64,000 nt of DNA from Mobula hypostoma (lineage: Eukaryota), in assembly GCF_963921235.1 (NCBI RefSeq), contig NC_086097.1, forward strand, positions 102,922,001 to 102,986,000, in the 5' to 3' direction. Shown piece after piece: positions 35,890 to 48,223 of the stretch. The position numbers and the translations under genes are program-made. Numbering within the stretch: the first letter of the stretch is position 1; each line of letters opens with the position of its first letter. Below the pieces are notes generated by a model that saw only the letters and a list, made by a program, of their open reading frames with translations, did not search any database and was not told the origin of the DNA.

Positions 35890-36858
35890 GACTACATGGA
35901 AAAGCACAGGTCAATGCCATATTTAAGTTTGCTGATGACTGCACTGTCATTGGCTGAATCAAATGTGGTGACAAGTCAGCATATAGGAGAGAGATTGAAA
36001 ATCTGGCTGAGTGATGCCACAACAACAATCTCTTAGTGTCAACAAGACCATGGAGTTGATTATTGATTTCAGGAGGAGGAAACCAGAGGTCTTATTGGGG
36101 GATCAGATGTTTAAAAAAAAAGGTCAGCAACTTTAAATTCCTCTGTGCTGTCACTTCAGAGGAGCTGTCCTGGGCCCAGCATATAATTGCAATTACAAAG
36201 AAAGCATCTCCACTTTCTTAGAAGTTTGTGAAGATTTGGCATGACATCTAAAACTTTGACAAATTTCTATAGATGTGTGGTGGAGAGTATATTGACTGGC
36301 AGTATCACTGCCTGGTATGGGAACACCAATGCCCTTAAACGGAAAATCCTGCAAAAAGCCAGTCCATCATGGGTAAAGCTGTCCCCACCATTGAGCACAT
36401 TTATGTGGAGCATTGTCACAGGAAAGCAGCATCCATCATCAGAGCCCCCCACCTTCCAGATCATGGTCTCCTCTTGCTGCTCCCATCAAGAAGGTGGTAC
36501 AGGAGCCTCAGTACTCGCATCTCCAGGTTCAGGAACAGTTGTTACTGCTGACCATCAGGCTCTTGAATCAGGGGATAACGTCACTCAACTTCACTTGCCC
36601 CATCACTGAACTGTTCCCACAAACAATGAACTTGCTTTCAAGGATTCTTCATTTCTTGTTATCAATATTTTATTGTTTATTTATCTAATGCTTTTATTAT
36701 TTCTATTTTTGTATTTGCATACTGATTGTCCACTCTGGTGCAGTCTTTCACTGATTCTATTATGGTTGGATTTATTGAGTTTTTCTGCAAGAAAATGGAA
36801 TCGCGGGGTTGTATATGGTGACATATATATACCTTGATAAATTTACTTTGAACTGTGA
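35890..36858 (+). mobile_element. Rex1/Babar-like LINE 3' part
   Basis: KFADD, TLTNFYRCVVESILTGSITAWYGN; tail aaatttactttgaactgtgaa. Confidence 0.85.
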
Positions 36859-36998
36859 ATTATAGCTGCTATGTACCTCCTTCTTAACTAGGGCCTCAAT
36901 ATCTCTTGAAAACCAACTTCCCTAAAGCTGTTATCCTTGTCTTTTATTCTGTCAGGAACATGCAAACTCTGTGTTCTCAAAATTTCAACTTTGAAAAG

Positions 36999-37448
36999 TC
37001 ACGGGATGACGAGTACGCTCCGGTCTACATTAACGGAGGTATATTGGAGAGAGTGTCCAGTTTCGGGTTTCTGAGAATACACATCTCAGAAGACCTTACA
37101 TGGTCCACTAACACCACAACAATAGTTAAGAAGGCACAGCAACGCTTGTTTTTGCTCAGGATGCTTTTTCCCCAGAGCTATAATTGCTCTGAACCGATCG
37201 ATCAAGCATCATCCATAAATTGTTATATTGCTACTTTAATACTGGTTTTATGGCTGTCATGCATCTGAGTTGTGCTTTTGTACTGCTGGACATTGCTTGT
37301 ACTGGCTGGTTACTTGATTTTATTTATTGTTTATTTATTTTATTTGTTTTATAGCATTGAGTACGAAAGTAGCAAACTCATTTTCGCTGTATTGGTGCAT
37401 GACAAATTGTACTATGCAATGACAATAAAGATATTTCATTTCATTTCA
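36999..37448 (+). mobile_element. Rex1/Babar-like LINE fragment (different family, internally deleted)
   Basis: ERVSSFGFL..EDLTWSTNT..KKAQQRLF; aataaa and (atttc)n tail. Confidence 0.78.
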
Positions 37449-37488
37449 CTTATGAAGGGCTCCCACTCACCAAGCATACCTTTGCCAG

Positions 37489-38373
37489 TGTTACGTACCC
37501 CGTAACTGGGTTGCCAAACCAGCAGAAATGGATCACTCAGTTGGAGTCTGGATTACTAGAACTAAGAAAGTTTTATTAAAGAAACAAGCAACACAGTACT
37601 CTAATCAAAAGGATAATAAATGCAACAGTTCAGCAATGATAAACACACATGTACACAGAATTAGGATAACAGGATCAATCAAGCTCTATCGTCGTCTAGG
37701 GGTAAATGACCAGTTTCAAAGTGACGCAAAGTTCAGTTCAATTGAGTTCAGTTCAGTTCACAGTAATCACTGCCATGGCGATGGACAGTGGGGGGAAGGA
37801 GAGAGAGCAAAAATGAATGAATATTCAAACGGCTTCCACACAGACCTTCGATATTCTTCGCAGTCAGCTTTCGGGCGAGCCCTTTGTGATGTCTTCTGAG
37901 GTCACCGACTGTGACCCCTCCGTTTCCAGATACGATCGTTTCTCTGCGGTGAACCTGGCACCCAGGCAAGGGCGGACACACACCAGGTTCCCGCCGATCG
38001 TACCTTTCCACCATGTGCATCTATGGCTTGGCCCCGCGACCAGCCCTCCAAAACTCCCACCGACTTGTGGGAGGTGCACCGCTTCCAGGGTCTCGTTACC
38101 TCGTGGTGTCGTGTGTGTCCTGCCTTAGCGAACCTGTCCCTTTTTATCTCCCTGCTGGGGTATCGCCTGTCCATCACTTCAAACAGTTCAGGGTTCAAAG
38201 GGGGGGCCGATCTTGACAGCTCTCCTTCCGTCCCTTAATTAACATCTCCAAATGCTGCTCCATTGTTTTCCTTATCTCTCTTTCTCCTGAAGACAGGTGG
38301 CAGACCAACTGCTGATCCCACTGGTGCCAGCACAGGACAGTTAACATCTTAATCTGTGTGTACTCTCGTCACA
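37489..38373 (-). mobile_element. Solo LTR (Gypsy-type)
   Basis: tgttacg...cgtcaca termini, TSD ccag/ccag; AATAAA and TATA-like GATAAAA on the minus strand. Confidence 0.9.
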
Positions 38374-40255
38374 CCAGAAAGCAATTTATCCCAATCCACA
38401 CATGCCAAATGCTTTCTGATGTTATCAAAACTGTCCTTTCTCCAATTTAGAATCTCACCCCAAGAACCAGAACTATCCTCCATAATTTATCTTGGAACTA
38501 ATGGAATTATGATCACCAGATCCCAACTGTTCCCCTACACCCACTTCTGTCAATTGCCCTCTCTCAATACCTCAAAGGGGATCCAGTATCATGTTCTCTC
38601 TAGTTGGACCTCTATATATTGATTAAAGAAACTTTCCTGAACATATTTGACACAAACTTTCCCATCCAGCCCTTTTACAGTATGAGACCCCCAGTCAAAA
38701 TGTGGAAAATTAAAACCAACTATTATCACAACCTTATGTTTTTTGCCACCTTTCCTACAAATATGCTTTTCTAAATCTTACTGACTGTTAGCTGGCCTAT
38801 AATATAATCCCATGAGGTCATCCCTTTCTTATTCCTCAGTTCCACCCATATACCCTCAGTAGATGGATACTCGAGTCAGTTCTGTCTGAGCACTGTCGTG
38901 ATGCCGTGATATTTTCCTGACTTTTAATGCCAGCCCACACCCTTTAATCCTTCCTGCACCATCACGTCTAGAGCAACGGAACCCCAGAATATTGAGCTGC
39001 CAGACCTGCGCCTCTTGCAACAGAGTTTCACTAATGGCTACAAGGTCATATTTCCATGTTCTCTTAAGGTCATCCTCCTTACCTATAATACCCTTGCAGT
39101 GAAATAGAAATAGACATGACTCAGAGAATTATTCTTTCGATTAGTCTTTCGATTCCTGTCTTTTTATTTAGGGTAAGCAATGTTTTTTTGCCACAACTGC
39201 ACCATGATCTGCTCTGGTACTCCGGTTCCTCCACTACCGCCTCCCCACCTCCCGGAGCAACACTAGCAAACCTCCCCACTAGGATATTAGTCCCCGTCCA
39301 GTTCAGGTGCAAAAAGGTCCCACCTGTACAGGTCCTACTTTCCCTGGAAGAGGGCCCAATGGTCCACAATTCTGAAGCCTGCCCTCCTGCACTTTCTCCT
39401 TGGCCATGTGTTAAGCTGTATTATCTCCATATTACTGGTCTCAGTAGCACGTGGTACGGATAGCATTCTGAGATCACAACCCTAGAGGTCTTGTCCTTTA
39501 ACTGTGCACCTAACTCCCTGAACTCACTTTGCAGAGCCTCCTAACTCATCCTGTCTATATTATTGGTACCGATGTGGACCACGACCTCTGGCTGTTCAAC
39601 CTCCCATTTAAGAATGTTATGGACTCAATCCATGATGTCTCTGACCCTGACACCAGGGAGGCAACATACCATCTAGGAATCTTGTTCTCATTCACAGAAC
39701 CTCCTGTCTATTCAAGAATCCCCTATCGTTACTGCTTGTCTGTCCCCCCGCCCCCCCCACCCTTGAGTCATAGAACTAGACTCGATGCCAGAGAGTTGAC
39801 TATTGTGGCTTTCCTCTGCTAGATTATCCTCCCCCCCCCCCCCCCGGAACATCCAAGACAGTTTACTTATTATTGAGGGAATGACCACAAGGGTACCCTG
39901 CACTGGTTGCCTGTCCCCTTTCTTTCTCTTGATAGTCACTCAGTTACCTGTGTCTGCACCTTAACACCTTAAGTATAACTACATGTTTGCACCTTGGATG
40001 TAACTTTGAGTTTGTTTTGTTACTTTTCTTGTGCTGATGGTCATTGAACTAAAAAGGTGATTGCTACTCTCTCTGCAGATGCTGTCTGACCTGCTGAGAG
40101 GTTGAGAAAATGCCAGAAACTATTCTAAGTGCTGGGGTGAAAGATTCTCGGCAGACACCAGAAGAATGTCCTTGTTCCTTTTTGAGACTGTGCTTATTAG
40201 ATTTTGTTCCTGGTCCCCGTTGTAGAACAGTATTGTTTATTAAGATTGCTTCTCC

Positions 40256-41108
40256 TGTTACGTACCCCGTAACTGGGTTGCCAAACCAGCAGAAATGGAT
40301 CACTCAGTTGGAGTCTGGATTACTAGAACTAAGAAAGTTTTATTAAAGAAACAAGCAACACAGTACTCTAATCAAAAGGATAATAAATGCAACAGTTCAG
40401 CAATGTTAACCACACATGTGTACAGAATTAAGATAACAGCATCAATCAAGCTCTATCGTTGTCTAGGGGTAAATGACCAAATTCCAAAGTGATTCAAAGT
40501 TCAGTTCGCAGTAATCGTTGCCATGGCGATGGACAAGGTGGGGGAAGAGAGAGATAGAACAGGAACAACTGATCATTCAGAACGGCTTCCACTCACAGAC
40601 CGGCGAGATTGCTCACAAGCAACTTTTGGGCGGGTCCTTGGTGATGTCACCTGAGGTCACCGACTGTGACCCCTCCTCCAGATGCGGTCGATCCTCTGCA
40701 GTGAACCCGGCACCCAGGCAAGGGCGGACACACACCGGGTTCCCGCTGATCGTACCTTTCCACCCTGGTCGTTGTCTGGTACTTCTCACCCACTCGTGAG
40801 AGGCGCACCGCTTCCAGGGTCTCGTTACCTCGGGTGGCGTGTGTCCCTGTCTTAGCGAACCTGCCCCTTTTTATCCCCCTGCTGGGGTATCGCCTGTCCA
40901 TCACTTCAAACAGTTCAGGGTTCAAAAGGGGGAGCCGCTCCAGACAGCTCTCTCTCTCTCCCACGTCCCTTCATTACACATCTCCAGACGCTGCTCCATT
41001 GTTCCTTATCTCTCCTTCCCCTGAGGGCAGGTGGCAGACCAACTGCTGATGCCACTGATGCTAGCCCAGGCCAGCAAACATCTTAATTTTATGTGTATTC
41101 TCGTAACA
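40256..41108 (-). mobile_element. Solo LTR of the same family as 37489-38373
   Basis: tgttacg...cgtaaca termini, TSD ctcc/ctcc. Confidence 0.9.
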
Positions 41109-41799
41109 CTCCTCATCCTCATTCCAAAGGACACCAATTCATATTCTATGTATTAAACTTAATTTGCCATTTGCCTATTCCACCAATCCTGCTGTTTATC
41201 ACTGTGCATTTTATAATATTGCCAATGTTTGTGTCTAGAAACTTAGAAATTGGAATTTTTTTTGATCATTAAGAAACTCACTGACCCAAAATTAATTGGG
41301 GAACACCTTTGTTTGCCTCCTACCAGTCCAAAAAAAATCATCAGTTGTCTAGTCAAGCTTAAATCCATGCTTTTGGTGCCCCTATCATATCACTTGTTTC
41401 AACTTCTAAGATTGTTTTACGCATTTTATCAAAAGCCTTTTGGATATTCATATCCTCCACATGGACTGCATTACTGTCATCTATTATTCTGTCGAATCAT
41501 TTAAAAGCAATTTGGTCCTGTCTGGCCATATTTAATCCATCTTTATCCAGGTAAATTCCTGTATCAAAATTAACCATAATTGTTCCAATTATAGTTAATT
41601 TTTCAGTTAGATACATCCCATTCCATTCCTTTTCTGAGTACTTGCATATTCAATATTTGGAATGGAATGGGCCAGGGGAGTGGTTGCTATGGAAAACGCA
41701 TAAGATTACTGCTAGGTGTTGTATTGATCAATGGCAAGTAGGATCTTGAACAAAAATACAAATGTAATTATTCCTTTTTGATGCTCACAATGTATTTAA

Positions 41800-42013
41800 T
41801 TAATTGGAAACTACATACTTACAAATTGTAGAGTTTTATGTATTTGATTTCAGTTGAAAGTCATTTGTGTTTTCACTTTGATACGAGAGTCTTTTTCTGT
41901 TGATCAGCATGAAAAAAAGCCAAACTAAATCCATTGTGATTCAATGTTGCAAAACAATAAAACATGAAAACTTCTGGGCTGGGGGGGGGTGCAAATACTT
42001 TTCATAAGCACTG
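41800..42013. mobile_element. Tc1-type terminal fragment (single TIR)
   Basis: ggggggtgcaaatacttttcataagcactg followed by TA. Confidence 0.7.
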
Positions 42014-42015
42014 TA

Positions 42016-42175
42016 TTTAAAGTGGAGCTTGATCGGTTCTTGATTAGTCAGGGTGTCAAAGGTTCCAAGGAGAAGGCAGGAGATTGGGTTTGAGAGGGGT
42101 AATAAATCAACCATGGTCGAATGGTGGAGCAGACTCGATGGCCTGAAAAGCCTAATTCTCCTCCTATGTCTTTAT
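42016..42175 (+). mobile_element. CR1 3' end
   Basis: atcaaccatggtcgaatggtggagcagactcgatggcctgaa..ctcctatgtctt 3' UTR. Confidence 0.75.
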
Positions 42176-42572
42176 AGTAATAGTATTACACTAACTTGTA
42201 TGCTACTGTGCTGCCCCAATTTCATCATTCCATGTGAGGAAATTTCTGAATTACAGTCTCAGTTCCCGAGACTGTGACCACTGTAAGGCGTAGATCTGGT
42301 GCATGTCTGTGAGAATAGAATTTTGGATGGGTCTAATGAAATGTTATACTGCAGCTTGTGAACCAGAAGTTGCACTATTATGCAAGTTTAATGGAACTAA
42401 TACAAAAATAGTAGCTATGACTTCAATTTGGATATCCAGAAGGTACTGTTGTACAAGTCTCAGTCTTTGTATGTAATCCACAAATGTGAAGTTCTTATGG
42501 TTTCTGTGGGAGGATGGGCAAATTGCTCACAGCACCATGGTATAATCCTGAGCGACACACAAAAAGACACCA

Positions 42573-42838
42573 GCACTCTCCACTGATCTCTGTCCTGGTA
42601 CTTATCCCTGCAAGTGTGACAAGAGATGTACCTTCCCTCACCACCATTCAGGGCCCCAAATAGTCCTTCCAGGAGAGAGGACACTGCAAATTTGTTGGGA
42701 TTATCTATTGTATTCAGTGCTCTCAATGCAGCCTCCTTTATGTCAATTATTCTGACTTCTATCCCCTTCCTTTCCGGTCTCCTCCCTCCATAGATGCTGC
42801 CTGACTTGTTGAATTCTTCCAGCATTTTGTGTGTGTTA
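42573..42838 (+). mobile_element. Degraded Penelope relic (GIY-YIG part and pLTR lacking the hammerhead)
   Basis: accaccattcagggccccaaa, atctattgtattcagtgctctcaatgc and atagatgctgcctgac resemble the element at 27468-29006. Confidence 0.7.
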
Positions 42839-42839
42839 C

Positions 42840-45240
42840 CATGGTATAGGAGCTATTTAAAGTGGGAGAACAAGGAATTAAAAAATAATAGTGAGCAGTA
42901 TTGTTAGGGGCATGGATGGTTTTTTCTGTCACCAGGAACCTAGGAGGATTTCAATATGCAGGTTGACTGGAAAAATCAGGTTGGAGGTGGATCCTAAGAG
43001 AAGGAATTTGTGGAATTCTTATTAGATTTTTTTAAAATATTAGAGCAGTTTGTGATTGATCCCACCAGGGCAATGGGAATTCTTGATTGGGTGTTGTGCA
43101 ATGAACCAAATTTGATTAGGGAGCCTAAGGTAAAGGAACTGTAAGGAAGCAGTTAGCATAATATGAGGAATTCACTCGGCAGTTTGAGAGGGAGGAGCTA
43201 AAATTGGATGTCTTGATATTGCAGTTAAGTAAAGGTTAACTACAAAGACATGAGAGGAGAGCTGACCAATATTGTTTGGAAGGGGACACTAGCAGGAATG
43301 GTGATATAGCAATGGCTAGAGTTTCTAGGAATAATTCTGAAGAGATATGGATGATTCTTCCAGAAACAGCAGCATCCTGATGGAAGGCTGAGGAATCTAT
43401 GGCTGACAAGGTAAGACAAAGACAGCATAAAGGCAAAAGCAATATGGCAAAGATGAGTGGGAAGCTTTAAAAAACCATCAGAAGGCAGTAAGGGGAGAAA
43501 AGATGAAAATATGAAGGTAAGCTAGTTGATACTATGAATTAAGTTACCGAAAGTATTTTTAATACGAAGGGCGATTGATAAGTTCGTGGCCTAAGGTCAA
43601 AGAAGTCAATTTTAGAAAACCTGGCACATTTATTTTTCAAACTAGTCCCCTCCTACATTTACACACTTAGTCCAGCGGTCGTGGGGCATACAGATCTTGG
43701 ACCTCCAGAAAGTGTCCACAGCAGGGGTGATTGATAAGTTTGTGGCCTAAGGTAGAAGGAGATGAGTTATTAACTTCAAACATTCTGCATAATCACTCAA
43801 AGCATTGAACTGCATGTGCATGTAACGAGAGCAGTATTACTCATCTCCGTCTACCTTAGGCCACGAACTTATCAATCACCTCTCGTATATAAAAAGTAAA
43901 AGATGGGCAAGAGTGGACATTGGACCACTGAGAAATAATGCTGGAGTAGCAGTATGGTGGACAAAGAAATGGGGGACAACAAAGTGGCAGACAAACTCTT
44001 AAGTATTTTGCATCAGTTCTTCACTGTGGAAGACACTAGCATTATGCCAAAAATTTGAGGGTGTTGGGGGGGGGGTGGTGGTGGCAGAAGTGAATATAGT
44101 TGCTATTACAAAGGAGATGGTGCTTGGGAAACAGAAAGGTGTGAAGGTAGATAAGTTTCCTGGACTCCAGGTTCTGAAAGAGGTAGCTGAAAAGTTGTGG
44201 AGGCATTGGTAGTGATCTTTCAAGAAACAATAGTTTCTGGAATGGTTCTGAGAGGACTCAAAATCTTTAATGTCATTCTACTCTTAAGAGGGGGAGGCAA
44301 ATGACAGGAAATTATAGGCCAGTTAGCCTGATCAGTAGTTGGCAAGATCTTAGACCCCATTATTAAGGATGAGGTTTTCGAGTACTTGGAGACACATGAT
44401 AAAATGGGCTGAAGTTCACACAGTTTCCTAAAAGGGAACTCTTGCCTGACAAATCTGTTGGAATTCTTTGAGGAAATAACAAGCAGGATAGACAAAGAAG
44501 AATTAATAGATGTTGTTCAGTTGGATTTTCAGAAGGCCTTTTGAGGCTGCTAAACTAGATAAAGGCCTATGGTATTACAGGAAAGATACTAGCATGGGGA
44601 GAAGATTGGCTGATGGGCAGAAGGCAAGCAGTGGGAATAAAGGGGTCCTTTTTGGTTGACTAGTAGTGTTCCTTGGGGTTGTAGCTGTGTCCACTTTTTA
44701 TGTTATATGTTAATAATCTGCATGATGGAATTATTGGCTTTGTAGCCAAGTTTGCAAATGATGCGAAGATATGTGGAGGAGCTGGTAACGTTGAGAATGG
44801 TCAAGGAAGTGGCAGATAAAATACAGTGTAGGGAAGTGTATGTTAATGCCCTTTAATAGAAGAAATAAAAGTGCAGACTATTTTCTAAACAGAGTAAATT
44901 CAGAAATCGGAAGTACAAAGGGACTGATGCCAGATTTCCTAAAGATTAACTTGCAGGTTCAGCGCTTAGTAAGGAGGGCAAATACAATGTTAGCATTCAT
45001 TTTGAAAATAGAAAATTAAAGAATGTACTGCTGGGGATTTATAGACTGCATTTGGAGTATTGTGAGCAGTTCTGTGTCCCTTATCTTAGAAAAGATCTGT
45101 GGGCATTGGAGAGGGCCCAACTGAGGTTTACAAGAATGATCCCGGGAACAAAGGAGTTAACATATGAGCATTTGGCTCAGGGCAGTGGATGTTTTCAATA
45201 GTAGAGAGTCTCAGATCAGAAGCATAACCTCAGAATAGAA
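42840..45240 (+). mobile_element. Degraded CR1 ORF2
   Basis: gatttcaatatg, aattataggccagttagcctga, tcttgcctgacaaatctg, gattttcagaaggccttt, ttggagtattgtgagcagttctg. Confidence 0.85.
43565..43885. mobile_element. Mariner-type MITE with three TIR copies
   Basis: TA TSD; TIR CGA(A/G)GGG(C/T)GATTGATAAGTTCGTGGCCTAAGG at both ends and an internal copy at ~43724. Confidence 0.88.
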
Positions 45241-45329
45241 GAACACAAATAGTTTTGATCTGATAACCATGACAGAATGTGGTTGCAAAGTCACCAGGTT
45301 GGGAGTGGAATATTGCAGGATGTGGAGGC

Positions 45330-47105
45330 TGTGGTCAGATTCGAAGCTGGAGTTTTTAAAGAGATGAGTCATGGGGCTTTCTGGCCAATTTCAGTTAGTT
45401 AGAGCTGGGACTTGGAGTGAGAGGCAGGAGTTTTTAAAAGGTGAATTACAGGGCTTTCTGTGCAGTTTCAGCTAGGAGCTTAAAAAAAGCACATTTGCAA
45501 ATAGGTGAAAATTGATTGGTTAATTGGCAGTAGTCAGTAGAAAGTTAGCATGAAGAGAAATTGCCAGTGTTGGAGTAGGGAGCTGAGGTTGTAGCTTGAA
45601 GCTTTGGTAAGAAGAGGCAGATGCAAAGATGAGGTTCTAGTAAATTTTTCATTCTTTTTTATTGCGGTTAGAGAAGTTGGAATGACAGTTGGGGCAGTGG
45701 TGTGCTCCTCTTGCAGCATGTGGCAAGTCAGGGAAAACTGGAATATCATGAATCAAAACATGGAATTATGATATATATTTTAAACTTATTCATTTATGGG
45801 ATGTGGGTGTCGCCAACTAAGCCAGCATTTATTGTCTATCCCTAGTTGTTCTTGAGAAGGTGGTAATGAGCTGCAGTGCCTGAGGTGTAGGTACACCCAC
45901 AGTGCTTTTAGGGAGAGAATTCCATGATTTGGACCCAGTGACAATGAAGGAACGGCGATATGTTTCCAAGTCAGGTTGGTGAGTAACTTGGGGGATTTCC
46001 AAGTCATGGTGTCCCCAAGTATCTGTTGTTCTTGTCCTTCTAGATGGTAGTGGTCGTGGGTCTGAAAGGTGCTGCCTTGGGAAATTTTGTGTGGTTGCAG
46101 TGCATCTTGAAGGTAGTACACACTGCTGCAATTGTTCGTTGATGGTGGAGGGATTGGATACTTGTGGAAGGGGTACCAGTCAAGTGGGCTGCCTTGTACT
46201 GAATGGTGTCAAGCTTCTTGAGTGTTGATGGAGCTGCACTCATCCAGGTGAGTGGCAAGTATTCCATTACGCTCCTGACCTGAACCTTGTAGATGGTGGA
46301 CAGGCTTTGAGGAGTCAGGAGGTGAGTTACATGCCGCAGGATTCCTAGCCTTTTCCTGACCTATTGTAGCCATTACGATGACTTGGCTGTCACAACGATG
46401 GAATTGTTTGCCTGATGCACTGGGGTTTAAATGTTTCAAAAGAGATGGGGGAGGGGCATTGCTAAACAGAGATAGTAACACAGCTGAAGGAATGGCATGT
46501 TAATCATTTGAAGCATTATGGATGAAGTCAGAAGCAAGAAGGGAGCAATTACTCTATTTGGAGTATGATATCACTTTCCTTCCCCCACCCCCCCCCCAAT
46601 AGCAACAGGTGCACTGAAGAATTTTGGAAAGGTGCAAAAATAACAGGGTTGTAAATTGATTGCAGCTCTTTAGTGTAAAAGGTTTAGATTGGGTGGAAAT
46701 TATTTGGTGTGTCCAGGGTTGATTCCTTCCACAGTGTGTGGACAGGCTGATGAGAGGTGAGACCATACTCGATCTAGTACTATGTAATGTACGTATTCAG
46801 GTGACAACTCTTTTGGTAGGTGAGCATTTTGGAAACAATGACCATGACTCCCTGATCTTCATTGTAGCCTTGGACAAAGATAGGAGCAGATAGTATAGGA
46901 GAGTACTTAATTAGGGGAGGTCTAATTATGATGTTATAAGATAGGAACCTGGGAGCAGATTTTCTGAGGGAAATGCATAATAGAAATGTGAAGGGTCTTT
47001 AGGAAGCACTTGCATAGCACTCTTCATAGGTTTGTTCTGTTGAGATAGAGAAATGATGATAGGGTGAAGAAACCACAGTTGACAAGAGGTGGAATATTTA
47101 GTCAA
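45330..47105 (+). mobile_element. CR1 5' UTR / ORF1 start and EN relic, interrupted
   Basis: Tandem ggagtttttaaa repeats, MTVGAVVCSSCSMWQVR start, EN-like sequence at 46360-47105. Confidence 0.6.
45786..46360 (-). mobile_element. CR1-group LINE 3' fragment (distinct family)
   Basis: YKVQVRSVMEYLPLTWMSAAPSTLKKLDTIQ...GSKSWNSLP; tail ttattcatttatgggatgtggg. Confidence 0.8.
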
Positions 47106-47844
47106 GAGTCCTAATAAAAACTTCCTCCATACATCTGTTCTAAAGGGTCACCCTTCAATCTTGAGGCTGTGCCCTCTAGTTTTGGACACCCCCACTTCCA
47201 TGTCTACCTTATCTAGTCCTTTCAACATTTGATAGGTTTCAATGAGATCCCCTTGCATACTTCTCAATTCCTTCTTGGAATCTTCCACTTCATGAAGGAC
47301 TCCTTGTAACAGGGTCTCCCCTTTGGATGGGATCCTCCAGGCATCTTCCCTGGTGCTCCTCTCCTGCCAAAAGACCCCAAAGCAAACTACTGTCCTATAG
47401 AAAACTCTTCCCACCCATGGCAGTAACATATCTCACTATTGGGATGGACGCAACACTCAGTTTCTCTGGTGCATCATATGCCAGCCCATCTAGGTGTTTC
47501 CTGACTTTCTTTTTTTAAAATTTATTATTTTTATTTGGATAGGGAATTCGCAAGTATCATGAACTTTTTTCACATGTATAACCTTTTCCATTTTTTTATA
47601 TATGTATAAATCTATTATTATTTATACATTCCTAAGTACGCATTGAGATGATATAAAAAGTAATTAGGCACTTAAATAGATAATTATGTGCAGTTGTAAT
47701 TCTACTCTATTAGGCTAAGTAATGATATTAGTTAAGAAAAATAGTAATAATAGTGGATTAATAATAATTTCCATATATCTCTTCTGGACCATTTTCTGGT
47801 CCAAAATATTGTATGTAAGCCTATCTAACTACCATTGTACCATT

Positions 47845-47878
47845 GTCCTGACGAAGGGTCTCAGCCTGAAACGTCGAC
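47845..47878 (+). ncRNA. Minimal hammerhead ribozyme motif
   Basis: GTC-CTGACGA-AGG(GTCTCAG)CCT-GAAA-CG-TC-GAC. Confidence 0.75.
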
Positions 47879-47976
47879 TGCGCCTCTTCCTATAGATGCT
47901 GCTTGGCCTGCTGCGTTCACCAGCAACTTTGATGTATGTTGCTTGAATTTCCAGCATCTGCAGAATTCCTGTTGTT
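47845..47976 (+). mobile_element. ~130-bp Penelope pLTR insertion beginning at a hammerhead motif
   Basis: Near-identical to the reverse complement of 27468-27600; flanked by taccattgta (47830-47839 / 47977-47986). Confidence 0.9.
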
Positions 47977-48223
47977 TACCATTGTAGGTGTTTATATCCG
48001 AACTCGTTCATGTTTGCTCCTACCCCCAAACATAATTATCCAGTCCCTATGTACTTATTTACTTTTATATCATTTTTTCCTTCCCAAATTTTTTCCTTTA
48101 CTTGTGTTAATTCTCCGTTTTCCAAAAAAAGAAAAAAACAGTAAACATTTGGACCAAGGGTACTTACGTTAGCAATATTACTGTGTTGATGAGGAGAGCA
48201 GTATAAATCATTAGGAGAGTCAT

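Larger units (their letters stand above)
34455..39990 (-). mobile_element. CR1 LINE with internal deletions, carrying three nested insertions
   Basis: 3' UTR at 34455, HGKSCLTDF, EN fragments at 38375-39100, esterase ORF1 at 39250-39950. Confidence 0.82.

Noticed and set aside
37489..41108. A single LTR retrotransposon/TRIM bounded by the two similar LTRs
   Set aside because: Each LTR has its own distinct TSD, and the intervening DNA is mostly the host CR1 with no PBS or PPT seen.
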